The notes beneath the pieces were generated by a model, which saw nothing but the letters and a program-made list of their open reading frames with translations, made no database searches and had not been told where the DNA came from. Source: the human T2T-CHM13v2.0 reference genome, Homo sapiens. From it: a stretch of DNA of 64,000 nucleotides. Location: NCBI RefSeq assembly GCF_009914755.1, contig NC_060937.1; one strand, 5' to 3'. The position numbers and the translations under genes were made by a program. Below, piece after piece: positions 44,733-64,000 of this stretch (the first letter of the stretch is position 1; the number at the start of each line of letters is the position of its first letter).

Positions 44733-47344
44733 TGATGTTATCAGTTTTTATTTTTTTCATTTTTGAAATATGTAATATATGTTGGCAATAACGTAGCAGT
44801 TTACAAATTAATACATTATATGTATCATAAATATTTTTATTTCTAAAATTATTACCAGGATTTCTGAATATTTAAAGTCACCACAAATGTTTGAAGTAGA
44901 TTAATAATGAGTTATGCTGGTCTTTCCCAAACTCGGCTTATTATTAGAGTCATCTGTGTGACTCCACGTAACTGCCATGTAGATTTAACAATGATTAACC
45001 TTTTGATGTAGTTAAATACTTAGCTTTTCATTGCTGAAGAATTTTCAAGTAAGTGACTGATTTTTATTATATTTCATCTCAAGTTACCTAAGTATGCATC
45101 TCTAAAAAATGACTTTTTTCTACTTAACCACAATACTTTTGTCATACTTAATAAGATTAACGATATTTCCCTAGTGTCTAATTCCCAGGCTAAATTCACG
45201 TTTCCCAGATTGTTCTGAAAAGGTCTTCACATCTGTTTGTTCAAAGTGGGACCCAGTTGTGAACCACATGTTTGCTTGTCATGACCCATAATTCTCTCAA
45301 TCTAGGTCAGTCTCCACCCCACTTTCCCCCTTGTCTTTTAAAAATTCTATTATTTTAATCGACAAATGAGAATAATAAAGATTGACTTATTGAAGAGACT
45401 TGGCCAGATATTTTATAGAATGTCCTACATTCCAGATTTGTATTTTCCTTTTAGTTTCCTAAATTATGCATCTAACCTCAATATTTCCTGTAAACTGGAA
45501 GTTGAATACAAAGACTTGATTAAATTCCAGTACAACATTTTATGCAAGAACACTGCTTAAGTGGGCCCTCATACTTCAAAGGTTTCACATCAGAAGGCAC
45601 ATGGTATCTGATTATCCAGTATTAGCAATTCTAAGTGATTACTGGGTTAAGGTGGTGACAGCTGTATTCTACATTGACGAGTTCTTTCTTTCTCCTCTGG
45701 TACCCTCAAGTAATCAGTAGAGTGACAGAGTGGCATTAGGTAATAGCCAGGTTCCATCAGCTTTTTACCTTATGGTTTTAGCCAAATGTATTGACAACCC
45801 AAACCCATTGATGATCCTTGTCTGAATATTTGTTGCAAAATGGTTATATTTCAAAATTCCAATTTTTTTTTTTTTTTACTTTTATTACCCAGCCTTCTTC
45901 TGTAGCTTTCACTGATCAACTGGGGCTATTTGGTTATCTTAAAATACAGTTCCTAGTCTAATGAAAACAAGTTTAATTCATGACAACTTTTATGTATTAC
46001 TGACCCTGATTTGGGTTTTTAAAATTCCTTTGTATGACATTTTAGAAATATATTTTTATCACTTATTTAATAAATATTGGACCCTTTGCTGTAGGCTGAG
46101 AAACAGAGATGCACACAACATTGTCTTTGTTTTCCCAAGGTTTACAATCCAGTTGAGGTGAGGGGACTAAACAGAAAAATGTTAAATATCTTAGGCAGTT
46201 TGTCATGTGATGGGTATGAATCACTAATTAACCATGAAAGGAGGTAATGATCACCAGAATGCTTTACTAAGGTCCTGGGTCTTAAGGGAGGAAATATGAA
46301 GGGTTGGAGGGTGAAGGGTCTTTGAAAGAATTACAGCAAAGTGTCTCTGGAATGTGGGTAATGAAGAGTAGAGTAGCTTGTCTAAAGTGAGGCTCAGAGA
46401 GGCCAAGAAACCTGCCAGTGTCACATGGCTAATAAGTAGAAGATCTTGTATTGAAGCTGAAGAGTCAGACTCAACATTCATGCTGTTTGCGTATAATACA
46501 TGTCATGATCTGTTTCTTAGATATCAGGCTCAATATTTAGATTTTTTTTCTGAGTTAAAGATAAGCCATGGACGATTTCTTAACAAAAGGAACTTTTATC
46601 AAGATAAATTTGGAATAGTTAGTATGTAGGGAATAATGGAGAAGAGACATTAAAGTCACAAACATTCATTTTAGTTTCTTTGAAAAGAAGGTTTTGCTCG
46701 TTTGTGCTTCTAATCACTTAGATTTAAGCTTTGTTTCAACAACAAATCTGTGTAACTACATATTAATAGTATAACATGTGAGGCCATGAAGGCTAGGACT
46801 AGGAAGGATAGATGGGAGAAATGCCCTGAGGGGAAAACATCACCAGGACTATAAGCCTGTTTTCCACTGAGAATATTACAAGATTAGGTTAGAATGGAAA
46901 GTCCCGTAGAAGATAGTAGAATGTTGGTAAGCATTTTAACCTGGTCATAAACAAGACTAGGAAACAAGTTTAGATTGATGAAAAAGTATGAAAAATCTTA
47001 AGAGAAATTCCCCTTTCCCTCTCCTTTTTAAAAATTCTTTCAGGCCAAATTTAGTGTTATGAGAAAAACTATATACATGCATGCAATACTTTGTTAGTAA
47101 ATATATGTAAAGATAAATGTTGTAAAATATAAAACACTGTTAGTATTGGACTTGTAAAATAATCCCCAAAATTGAACTCTGGCAAAAATATTCACAGCAG
47201 AAAAAAAAAATCAGTAAATGAATGAGTTGCTTGTGTTTTATCAGCATGGGCCATATAGCTTATGATGACAGAACTGTTAATAATCACTTGTCCACAAAGG
47301 TCTCTTAGGTTGGAGTTCACACTCATATTTAAACAACTAGGGCA

Positions 47345-48777
<1,433 letters not shown>

Positions 48778-49160
48778 TTAGATGGACACAGTGGGTAATA
48801 AATGGATGAATTTTTGTTTGGGTTGAAGAATCTCTCTGAGAAGTTGACACGTGGGGGCAATGGTTTGTTTCTCTTGTATTTCTGAAGTTGCAAATAGTCA
48901 TGTAAGCAGTTCAACCAGGAGTTTACACCAAACTTTTAATAGGCGATATATCATTATTTTTTTTCCCATTGGTTTGGATAACATCCACTTTAACTGGCAG
49001 TTAGTCATACTTAGCTATTTTTGTTAAAGCAGGTGATTTATTGTTATTTTATATTTATGACATGATTAATAAGTGAATATGGAAGATTTTACATTGACTT
49101 AGGGGATCAAAGTTTTCATTATATTAACACCTTTAATTGCCATGAGTTTTCTATTTCTAG

Positions 49161-49310
<150 letters not shown>

Positions 49311-49488
49311 TAAGTATGTCAATTTATCAGTACCCCCAAACTCCAAAGTAATTTGATGTTGCTTTTTCTATAACAGAAAAAAATTTAAGAATAGATTTTT
49401 TATAAATTTAACAAAACCCTGCTGTATTTTAGTGTAAGTCTTTTAGCTTAAAATATATACATGTATTATTTTCAGTGAAATAAAAATG

Positions 49489-49803
49489 GGCTGGGTACAG
49501 TGGCTCACACTTGTAATGTCAGCACTTTGGAAGGCCAAGGCGGGAGTATTGCTTGAAGCCAAGGAGTTTGAGACCAGCCTGGGCAACAAAGCAAGACCCC
49601 ACCTCTACAAAGTAAAAAAATAAAAACAACTAGCCAGGCACAATGGCATGTACTTGTATTTCTAGTCTCTTAGGAGACTGAGGCAAGAGGATCACTTGAG
49701 CCCAGGAGTTTAAGGCTGCAGTGAGCTATGATCACGCCACTGCACTCCAGCCTGGGCCACAGAGTGAGAACCTGTCTCTAAAAAAATAAATAAAATAAAA
49801 TAA
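49489..49803 (+). mobile_element. AluJ element
   Basis: Alu consensus with (TAAAA)n tail. Confidence 0.9.
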
Positions 49804-49887
49804 TGAAAAATATTACTAATATTATTTGCAAATCAGACAAGCATATTAACATTGAGATAGGCTGTATTTGCGTATGACTGGAATTGA

Positions 49888-50094
<207 letters not shown>

Positions 50095-50218
50095 TGATAG
50101 TAAACCATGTATCCAGCTGCTGGGCTTCAACCTCTCATAGGTATACCAACTTTGGGCTATGCCTGAATTTCTTTAGAATTGGAATAATGCCATCTTTGTT
50201 GTAGAATTGTTGCCATGA

Positions 50219-50341
<123 letters not shown>

Positions 50342-50965
50342 TAAACATATAGAAGATTTACATACACACATACACACATGCACACACACACATACACACA
50401 CACGGTTTAGAGTTCGTCTCAAAGACTGCCTGTTTAGCTTCCTGGGACATTATGTAAACCCTCAGCACAGTCTGTTACTTGCATGTAATCTGTAGGGCAC
50501 TTTTTAATAAGCAGTTCAATATTTTACCTCTTCTAACCTTTTTATGTAGAACCTTTAGAACTTTAAGGTATATCACAAACACTACTCTAACACATTGTAT
50601 TGTTTGGGTCCGTGGTGTGTGTGTGTGTTTGTGTGTGTATGTATGTGCGTGTGTACGCGCACATGCTAGTAAAACTCTAAGGAAGCAGCATGGAGTTAGC
50701 AGTTTTCTTCCTAAGAAGGAATGTAAGGATTTGAGAATATTTGATGTTAGACCTGTGTGGTGACATATAATGGCAGGAAAATAGACTGTTGAAGTGACAA
50801 AGTTCTGCTATAAAATAGTCTTGTTTATAACAGAAATATTAATGGAGTTGATCTCAAGGATTATTTTAGTTATGTGCTAATTAAATAATTTGTACTATTT
50901 AGCAATTTCCATTTTTAAAATTGTTACAATCTTTTGACTGTGTAAATCAGAAAATTGTAATACAT

Positions 50966-51397
50966 TGTTAAAGAAAAAATTATTCTGACACTTGTTAATA
51001 GGGTGAGAAGACTTTATTTTAAACTTGTGAAAGGCCTATTGTAGTAGGAATGAGAGATCAGGCTCAACTCTGAATACAGCAAAGACAACAAAGACAACTG
51101 GGACTTTATAGCCAAGGGACACAGCGAGGGGTTTGGGGGTGGGATATTACTAAGAGGGTCAAGGGTATGGGGATTCTTGCTAAAGCCTAACAGACTTCTT
51201 GCTAAAGGCAGGTCAAGGGCTGAGACATCAGGAGTTGGCAGGGGACGTCCGTAAGGAACTTGATTAGATATTAAGGGTTGTGGGTTCTCTCTAAACTGAC
51301 TTAGCAGGATTCATGCTAAAACGGGACACAGAAGTCTAAGGTCCAGGCCTGTTTGAGAAGAGGACTCAAGGATTAATCAGGAAGAGAATTGTTATCA
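50966..51397 (-). mobile_element. MER31/MER67-like ERV1 solo LTR
   Basis: TG...CA termini; shares CTCAA(C/T)TCTGAATACAGCA and AAACTGACTTAGCAGG with the element at 7864-8308. Confidence 0.65.
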
Positions 51398-52683
51398 ATA
51401 GAGGGTATATGGTTTACCAAGGTAAAAGACTGAGCACAAAGTCAGATATATTTCTGTTGACCTATATTGGGTATATCAGGTTGGTTACTTGGAGGCAGGC
51501 TTGGAGATTACATGTTGCTTTCTACACATACTAGTTTTGTGACCTTGAACAAGTCACTTGCTGAGCCTTGATGTAGACCTTTTATCTTTCTATATTTGTA
51601 TAGGGTCAGTGTGAGGATAAAAGGAGACATACTTGTAATGTACTTAGCACGCTGTGTTACAGAGTAAGGACTCAGTAAGTGCTAGCATTTATTCCTACTG
51701 ACTAAATTCTATGCATTCACATGGGGCCTGTCTATCCTTCTGGAAAACACAGCTTTAAATGCTGTGTTGCTATTTATTTCTGTTTCTAGTGAGACTGTCA
51801 CCACACTACTCTCAGTAAGTGATCAGGCAACGAAAAACTAAGAAAGGATATATTATCCTGTTTGGTAATTTTCTCTTCAGCTGTGTCTAGTTTGCTTTTT
51901 ATACTGCCTATTGAGTTTGAGTTTTTTAAAAGAGGTTTTCAATCATTTTTATTCTAAAATATGTAGTTCTTTTAAAAATCTGCTTTTAAAAATAACCTCA
52001 TTCCTTACTCATATTTTCAAACCCTTTTATTTTTTAAATCTATTGAAACTTTTTCCTCTGTATTTGGTGTAATGTAGGAAATGTGTATATATCTGATTTT
52101 GCTGTCTCTTGTTTCTTCTGGATCTTATTTGAGGTGTCTTCGTGTGCCATGAAAAGAAAATGCATAATTTGGCATTGTCTTTTATAGTTCTTGAATGTTT
52201 ACTTCCACAGGATGTGCCAAACCTTTTTCTGGTCCAAAAGATTTTTATGGTCATTCTCCAGTTATTAGAAGGTATAATAATGATTCTGTCAGTTGTGTTC
52301 ATTAAAAGTTTTATAAAATGTCTGCCAATGACATTTTGCGCCCTGTAAACTGAATACATAGCAGTTCAGTGAAAGCAAGTGAGAGGGTAAGGGGTGTCAA
52401 GGCACAGTAATTAGCAACCTGAGCTGGCACCACCATGTGGAGTTCCTGCCCCTCTCTCAGGATAGCACATGTGTGACCTGGGACCTTTGGATGTAGGGTT
52501 GTATAGTGTAGACAGCATCCACACTCAATCCACAGAATAAATACTAGTAAAGCTTAATTTCTTTTTAAAATATGAGGGTCACTATAAATAAATGTTCTAA
52601 TATTTTGTTTCTGTGCCCACAAAGGGGGTCATCTTGTATAACCACCTGGATGTGTCGGTACTGAAAATCATTAACCTAGAGGA

Positions 52684-53695
<1,012 letters not shown>

Positions 53696-56600
53696 AGGAT
53701 GAAGCCTAAATTCCTGAGCATGGTGTTTGAGGGACTGGCTTTCGAATATCCTGCTTCAGCCTACCTCCCCTGGTGTTCAGCCATGCTGGGCTCCTCGATG
53801 TTTCCCTGTTCTTCACAAGATACAGGTCATCCTTAGGCCTATGTGCCTCACTGATGGGATGCCCTGCTGTGGAGCATGTGGAATGTGGGATTTCATATCT
53901 TTGTGATTGGTGGATTCCTATTTATTTGTCCATCCTGGACTTCAGCGTAACAAATGGATATGGTGGTGTCCCGTGAAAACCTGGGGGGATGGCTTTTTCT
54001 TCTGCTTGCCAGGCAGGATTCAATCCCTTCGTCTCCTGGGTTGTCACAGCACCATGTGTGCCTCTGGTAGAACTTTGATTTCATTGCGAGGTAATTCTTG
54101 GTGCACCGTATGGTTTCATGCAGAAAAACTAGAGTTGCCTTTCTTGAGGATTAGGCCAAGTTCTTACTCATTTGTGCATCACAGTGCCTGATACTTAGGT
54201 GCTCAGTAGGAGTTAATTTAATGAATTCGCAATTGAGGATATGAGTCAGGAGGAATTCAGGAGATTGGGGTTACGAAACTTCTAAGAGAGAATTTTGTTG
54301 TCCATTCCAAAGCTGGCATTCTTCCTTTGCAAGAGCTCTCTCTTGTGATGTGGAAAGGAAAATGTTTTCTCTTTCCCTTTCTGTAGCTCATCTTTCCTTC
54401 TGGCTCCTACCTGCTCTCCCCTCCCCACACTCCCAGACACACACTCACCTGCACCTGTGTGCTAGATCTGCCCTGCTTTCCATCAGAACCCAGTGCGTCC
54501 TCCTTCTGTCTTCTGGAGTCTCTCAGTTGACAGTTTTTCGTGTGTTCCTAAGGACAGGAAATGAGCCAACTCATTGAATCTGAAGTTTTCAACTTTACAT
54601 CTTAGCAGTGCCTTGAACATTGCCTTTTACATTATAAATAGTAAGAGATTAAGATTGTCTCAGAATCACTTCCTAACTGATTCATAGGGTGGCTTTATAT
54701 CTCTTTTAATGGGGTGTGGACCAAAATGCATGTCTGGGAGTATAGAAATAATCACTGGAACGAATGTCATACTTACGTGTCGGATATAATGGAAAGCTAT
54801 TACAATACAGTTCTCAGTCTTGTGTCCCAAGACTGCATTATGAGTAAGGCCCTGGGAGACACCAGAACAAGTCTCATAATTCCTTTTACTTGTTTTCTTT
54901 TTGCCTGCTGATTAGAAGAGGACTTCATTTGAGTAGTTAATGGCTTTTTCTATTAATATCAGCAGTATCTAGATGGAGTGAGAGGATAGATGAAGAGATG
55001 GGTCAGTCAAAGTAAAGGAAATTAAGGGAAGCAGGAAGACCCAGAGAAATTAGAATAAGAGAGAAAATCTATCAAAGAAACTCTGGGTATCGAGGAAACA
55101 TCAGCTATATACATTTAATCAAATTCCCAAAGTAAGAACATATACTTTTATAATTAATGGAATGGAATAAAACACTAAAAGGGCCATGGAGAGAGTTGAC
55201 TTAGGAATCACTATTCTGGAATTTTAAAAGATTTTTGATCAACTGTCTTGTCCAACTTTAAGATTTTATACTATAATTTTGCTAGAAATTCTCATTTGTA
55301 GATCTTTTGAATATCTGTACTTTATTTATTTTATTTTCCAATAGTCTGGTACCTCCCAAGTTCTTTGTGACTTATTTAAATGTAATGATTTGGTGCATGT
55401 GTTAACCAGTTCCCTTAATAATCTAGGATGTGTAGCATTGGGTCCCAATGACTTTTTTTTTTTTTTTAACCTATTTGTTTAAATTTCCTCCAGCATACAT
55501 CCAAACTTTTCATTGAGGAATGGGATAAACTACCTATTTTCCTTAAATTTGTTTTCTTTTGTTAGGGGGTTGAGGTGCTTACTGTAATTTGAGTAAGTTT
55601 TAATATATTTTTCAAGTTTTATTCCTACTTTCAATTTTTTTTTCCAGAATATTCGACTTTTTACTGCTTTTCTGTGTGCATTTCCTGAAGGATAATTAAT
55701 CTGCGTACGCCTCCTGGAATATTTTTGTCTTTACCTTTGCTAATTGGGGGACCCAGTTAAGCCCTGCTTCATCTCTGATATGTTCCTTGGCCACCTTAGC
55801 CCTGGATTCCTCTAAATTCCTCTAGTACTGATTTTTCACACCCATCATTTTCCATTTGCTATGTGCTATGTTTTATTATGTTTCACCTGTTCAATGTGAG
55901 TGTCCAGCTCCTTGACCATAGGGACTGTTCTGAGTAGCCCTTACATGCTAGATATGATGCCCACGACATTACACGTTACCCTATGAATTCTGATGGTATT
56001 CAGGCGGTAGGGTGGTTCATGTGTAAAGCAGACGTCTCTTCCGTTCTCTCCCATTGTGGAAGAAAGAGTTGCAGAGATAGGCTTTCTGATTTCTCTCTGG
56101 GATGTTCACTGGTGAAAACCATTGTCAGTGGCGCTATTTGTTTAAAAACACTTTTAAATCTATCTTCTCTTTGTGCTTAAATTGTTTTTTAAGGACCACT
56201 AAGCCTGTTTTTCACAATGGGCTTTACGTTTTCCTGGGGACCACGCTGTTGTGATTCAGGGACTCCCCGGTGCTTATGTCCAGTGGGCTCTTAGTAACTG
56301 TAAACTAAGCACACTAATGGAATAAAAGTGAAGTCCAGGGATTTTGATAAGACTTAGCTGTTAATATCAGTATTTTTTTCAGAGATGTCACTAGTCACAA
56401 TGAAAATTTATTCTAGGAGTTGCCAACATTAGGTCTCTGTTCAGATAACTTCCGAGTATGGGTTCACTTAGCCACCAACATTTGCACCAGGCAAGTCCAG
56501 ACTCATTTTTTTAATCAGCTAGCTTGAAAATTGCATTTATATTCATGTATTTAGTTTTTTCTAGTGGGTATTGCAGTTCATAACTTTTGCTTAACAGAGA

Positions 56601-56925
56601 AGACCCGTCTCTGGCCTCATTCCTGTATAACTCACACATCGCTTCACCATGATTGTTGTTACCAGCTTACTGCAGCACCTCAGTACATCTCCGGTGGACA
56701 ATACATTAGTATTCTGTTTTCCTCATGTACTGGTTTTCTCCAATTAATATTAGACACAAATAATAAATCTCTTGAACATGCAGTGCTAACATACCCCTTT
56801 CCTCTTTAGGAGCTGTTTGGTGCTTGCTTACAGCATAAACTGCTTAGTGTCATTCCAAGCTGACACAAATTGGCCTTCCCCTGCTGTCCTCCATGTACCA
56901 GTTGTATTTAAAAGATGTCAGGGGA

Positions 56926-58168
<1,243 letters not shown>

Positions 58169-58852
58169 CTAGATCACGGGCTGTTCCCTGAGTATATTCC
58201 TTTTCCCCAGTGGTTTTGTTTTCTCCTAATGCTCTTTCCTCTGTCTAGATTGTTGAAATCCTGACACTTCATTAAGTTTCATCTTGAATGCTACTTCTTC
58301 TTGACTCCTCAAACCTGATGTGCTCTTTCTCCTTTGAATTCTATGCCCCTTTTGTGGCACTATCTTATTCCACCTTATATAAAAGTTACTTGTTCCATCT
58401 TCCCTACTAATGCACTTGAGGGACCGTGCATCACTCCTTGGCTCTCTTCTGTGGCCGTGGACCTGCTGCTCTTAGTGGTCTTCAGCTATTTCAGTGGCCA
58501 GAAAGTCGATCACTGAAACTATGACTTGCAAGCTTTCATCTGCTTCATCTATTTTTAGGATTTCTAGTTTTAATGGGCTGTTTATGAATAAATAATTTAG
58601 CTTCTTCTAGGACATGCCAGTTAATGAAACCTCAGTTAATGGCTTTGAGTACTAAGTGCTGGTGAAAAGTCATTTCTTATGGTAATACTTTTGAAATTGA
58701 CCACTATTATAGTTATGGCAAATGTCCAGGGAAGAGTGGGCATAAGAGGTTGTGGTGGTACTACCAGCCTGTCTCTGTAGAGATGTTATCTTGTCACTTG
58801 GCTTGTGAAGACTACTCCTCTAGCCTCCATAAGTTTTGTGTAAAGATTAAAG

Positions 58853-59155
58853 TGTGTGTAGAAAAATCTGGGTTCTTATCACACAACAAGGAAAGATTAG
58901 GCTCACAGATACTTTGAAGGGTGAAGGGGAACAGAATTTATTGGGTGAAAAGGAAAAAACTCAGCAAAGCGAGAAGGGTTCCTGCTAACAGGCCCCCATC
59001 TCACAGATTGAATCCCAGGTTGCCACACAGGGACAGGAGAGGCCAAGGTCCTCCCCTCTGCAAACAGCGGGCACTTCCTGAGGCCCAACCCCATCCTCCC
59101 AGCACGCAGGCCAGCTGGAGATTCTCCAGGAAGCCGTTTTTACTTGGCTGTCTCA
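58853..59155 (-). mobile_element. MER61-like ERV1 solo LTR
   Basis: Reverse complement begins TGAGACAGCCAAG; minus-strand AATAAA near 58938. Confidence 0.6.
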
Positions 59156-59687
59156 TTAGTAGGAGAAGTTTGCATTTTTAGAACTTGATTATTACCTGGA
59201 GTTTATTTTTATTCATATACATCAGTAGTTTTTTAAGTTGGGATGTGTGTACTGCATATATATTAGAACTTCTATATTTTAACCTAATTTTAAATTCCAA
59301 CTTTTTGTATATCTTTTATAAAGACATATTAGTACAGTGGTATATGTATATACTTTATAAATGCATGTGCTAACATTGGGCATGCTTGTTCAGAATTTTA
59401 AGTGACAGCTGTGTACAACCAGAAAAGTTGAAACCATTGCTGAATACACTAGGTAAATTTCATAGACAAGTATGTGTGTTATTAGAAGGTTTTGGTAAGC
59501 AAGGACATATTTTAGTTCTTTAGTTTGCTAATGAGCTTACCTGAATTTCAGTTTAAAGAGTAAAACAGAATACATTTATTAACATTTTTTGTACCTATCA
59601 ATAGCTTCTTGTTTTTCCCCAGCAGTGTCAGTGTATTCCAAGTAATGTCTTTTCTGTCCTTAAGCCCTTAACCGGTCCTTTGTGTAA

Positions 59688-59876
<189 letters not shown>

Positions 59877-59926
59877 TAAGCATTGACATGTTTTAGAAAG
59901 TGCATTTTAAGAAATATTAAAAAATA

Positions 59927-61501
59927 GATGGGTGTGGTAGCTCACGCCTGTAATCCTAGCACTTTGGGAGGCCGAGGTGGGCGGATCACGAGGTCAGAAG
60001 ATCGAGACCATCCTGGCTAACACGGTGAAACCCCGTCTCTACTAAAAATACAAAAAAAAAAAAAAAAAAATTAGCCGGGCGTGGTGGCAGGCGCCTGTAG
60101 TCCCAGCTACTCGGGAGGCTGAGGGAGGAGAATGGCGTGAACCCGGGAGGCAGAACTTGCAAAAAAAAAAATTAAAAAAATTAAAAAATATTCAAAGTCT
60201 GTGATATTGGGAGGCTTGGCCATCTGCTTTCCTGACATCAAGTTAGACTATTCTTTAAACATTATGACTTATTCTTCTGCAGAATTGCATTTAGTTAATT
60301 GTGCTGTTGAAAATATCCATTTAGATACTGTTGTTCAGTCATTATAGGAAAAAGTCATTTGAAAAGTCACTTGTTTTTCTCTTAGAGACAGGGTCTCACT
60401 CTGTCATCCAGGCTGGAGTGCAATGGTGTAATTATAGGTCACTGCTGCCTCAAACTCCTGGCCTCAAGCAATCCTTCTGCCTCAGCCTCCTGAGTGGCTA
60501 GAACTACAGGCATGCACCACCATGCCCAGCTCATAAAATTTTTTAATTTGTGTTTTCTATAGAGACGGGGTCTTGCTATGTTGTGCAGGCTGGTCTCAAA
60601 CTCCTGGCCTCAAGTGGTCCTTATTCCTGGGCCTCCCAAAGTGCTGGGATTACAGGTGTGAGCCACCACACCCTTCCTGAAAAGTAATTTTTACATTTAT
60701 TATAAAACAGTTGCAAAGGATTTTATAGACTATGTCACAGTGCTTCATCCAACGTCCCACATGAACAATATATTACAGAATCTAGTGTCAAGAAGATTGT
60801 CACAACTGAGTAAATTAAAAAGCATCTTCTTTTCTTAAAGTGAAGAATATGGAATTTGTCTGGGTTCCCCCTTTGTCCTGATTGCAAGGAAGCTCTGAGC
60901 CAATTTTTATTTCCAATGTCAGAAACTACATGACTTTCATGGTTATATTTCTTTTTTGCCTAATCTAGAGTTTCTGTTTTATTAACTATATAACTTTACT
61001 GGTAAACTTGCATCTTTGTGGAAGAGATGATCCCTAAGAAAGAGAAGGTGACTAAGTTTTAATGGTTTTTTTCCTGCTTAGCCACTTTTCCTTATGATGG
61101 GTTGAGATAATACCAGGATGGTTGAAAGCCAAGGGAGAAGTATCTAGTTAAGAATTGGTGGGTGGGGTGCAGTGGTGTAATCCCAGCATTTTGGGAGGCT
61201 GAGGCAGGCAGATTGCTTGCACCCAGGAGTTCAAGACCAGCCTGGGCAACATAGTGAGACCCTGTCTCTTAAAAAAATACAAAAGTTAGCTGAGTGTGTT
61301 GGTATGCACCTGTAGTCCCAGCTACTTGGGAGGCTGAGACGGGAGGATCGCCTGAGCTGAGAACATGCCATTGCACTCCAGCCTGGGCAACAGAGCGAGA
61401 TCCTTTCTGTAAAAAAAGAAAGAAAGAAAGAAAGAATTGGTGAAAACACAAGCCATGAGTACTTTGAGCAAAGGGATTGGCTTGGTCATGGGGATAGGAT
61501 G

Positions 61502-61541
<40 letters not shown>

Positions 61542-61817
61542 AGACAAGGCCTTGCTGTGTTGCCCAGACTGGAGTGCAGTGGTGAGATCATAGCTCACTG
61601 CAGCCTCGACCTCCTGGGCTTAAGTGATCCTCCCACCTCAGCCTCCTGAGTAGCTGGAACTACAGGTACACACCACCATACTTGGCTAATTTTGAGATGG
61701 GGTTTCAGGGTTTCACCATGTTACCCAGGCTGGTCTTGAACTCCTGGGCTCCAGTGATCTGACCATGTCAGTCTCCCAAAGTGCTTGGATTATAGACGTG
61801 AGCCACCACACCCAGCC
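59927..61817. mobile_element. Alu cluster (~59927-60190 + 3'-deleted AluY, 60380-60673 -, 61165-61435 +, 61504-61817 -)
   Basis: Alu consensus sequences. Confidence 0.9.
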
Positions 61818-62643
61818 AGGATGGGTTATTTGGGGCTGGAGGCCATGTGGCTTTGGAGTCCCACTCAAAGGCCCCTCGGGTTTGGGGAAGAGAGGGATTC
61901 TGAGACAGGTTGGAATGACCTGGGAGAACCAGGAAGCTGGAAGTTGTGTTTTGTGAATAAGGAGCAAGAGGGAACTCTCTTGTTCTCTCCCAATGCTGAA
62001 ATGCTTTATTCATCTTTCTGGAGGTGGAATTTCTTGTAAGTGAGGTATACTGTATGTTTCTTTTATGATTTCATCCTGCAGCTTCACCTTATTTCTGACA
62101 TTTATCAAATATAAATCATGGTTTTAAACCAACTTTGTACCCTTTAAAAGAGAGTCCCTCACTTCTGCCTGTACCTAAGAATCATGTGAGATTTTCTTAA
62201 AAAACTATATAAATCCCCAGGCTCTACTCCAGACCTATTTGAATTAGAATGTCCAGGGATGGGTTTAGGACATCAGTGTGTTTAAAGACTTCATTGCTTT
62301 AGGGTTTCATTTTTAGGATGCGTTTTGAGATGTCTTGAATTCATAGTGAAAGGAGAAGAGTAGTGGAAAAATGCAGATAGCATTCCAGGATTTTTTTTTC
62401 CTCCTAGAATTTTAGAGGTGGTATATTAAAACATTTTATAGCCCTAGATTTTGAATAGAGGATTAAGGCTGAAATTTTAATTTGTGAGTTCTCTTTAATG
62501 GCCTGTAGAAATTTGCCCTCACCTAAGCTCTAATGTCTGTTCTTGATGAATGAATGCCAGGTTTGAATACACTCTAGTATGCCTTTTATTAATATATATT
62601 TGAAGCAATATACTCAAGGGAGTAACTATTAAACGTACTGTGA

Positions 62644-64000
<1,357 letters not shown>

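Overview
Human-type (Alu/L1/LTR-rich) genomic DNA that I recognise as the 13q33 TEX30–POGLUT2(KDELC1)–BIVM locus. The window holds: (i) a CpG island at ~0.9–2.6 kb with a minus-strand non-coding first exon, assigned to TEX30 only by known gene order; (ii) the complete minus-strand POGLUT2 CDS in 10 exons (26846→12680, 1509 nt, 502 aa, all introns GT-AG and phase-consistent, ending in KDEL); (iii) a head-to-head CpG-island promoter with ZNF143/YY1/ETS/CCAAT-type motifs; and (iv) the first seven coding exons of plus-strand BIVM (codons 1–374), whose C-terminus lies outside the window. The rest is interspersed repeats, including a four-layer nested LTR/L1 stack. Most interesting: the BIVM core reads like a papain-fold (C39-like) cysteine hydrolase with a candidate Gln209/Cys214–His326–Glu362 active site, and a strong internal start (M230) would give a Cys214-less isoform. 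Also notable are a reconstituted donor in POGLUT2 exon 6 predicting an in-frame 79-aa deletion, a KDEL-like 'RTEL' just inside POGLUT2 intron 9, and several unusual Alu rearrangements. Repeat boundaries and subfamily names were read by eye and are approximate.
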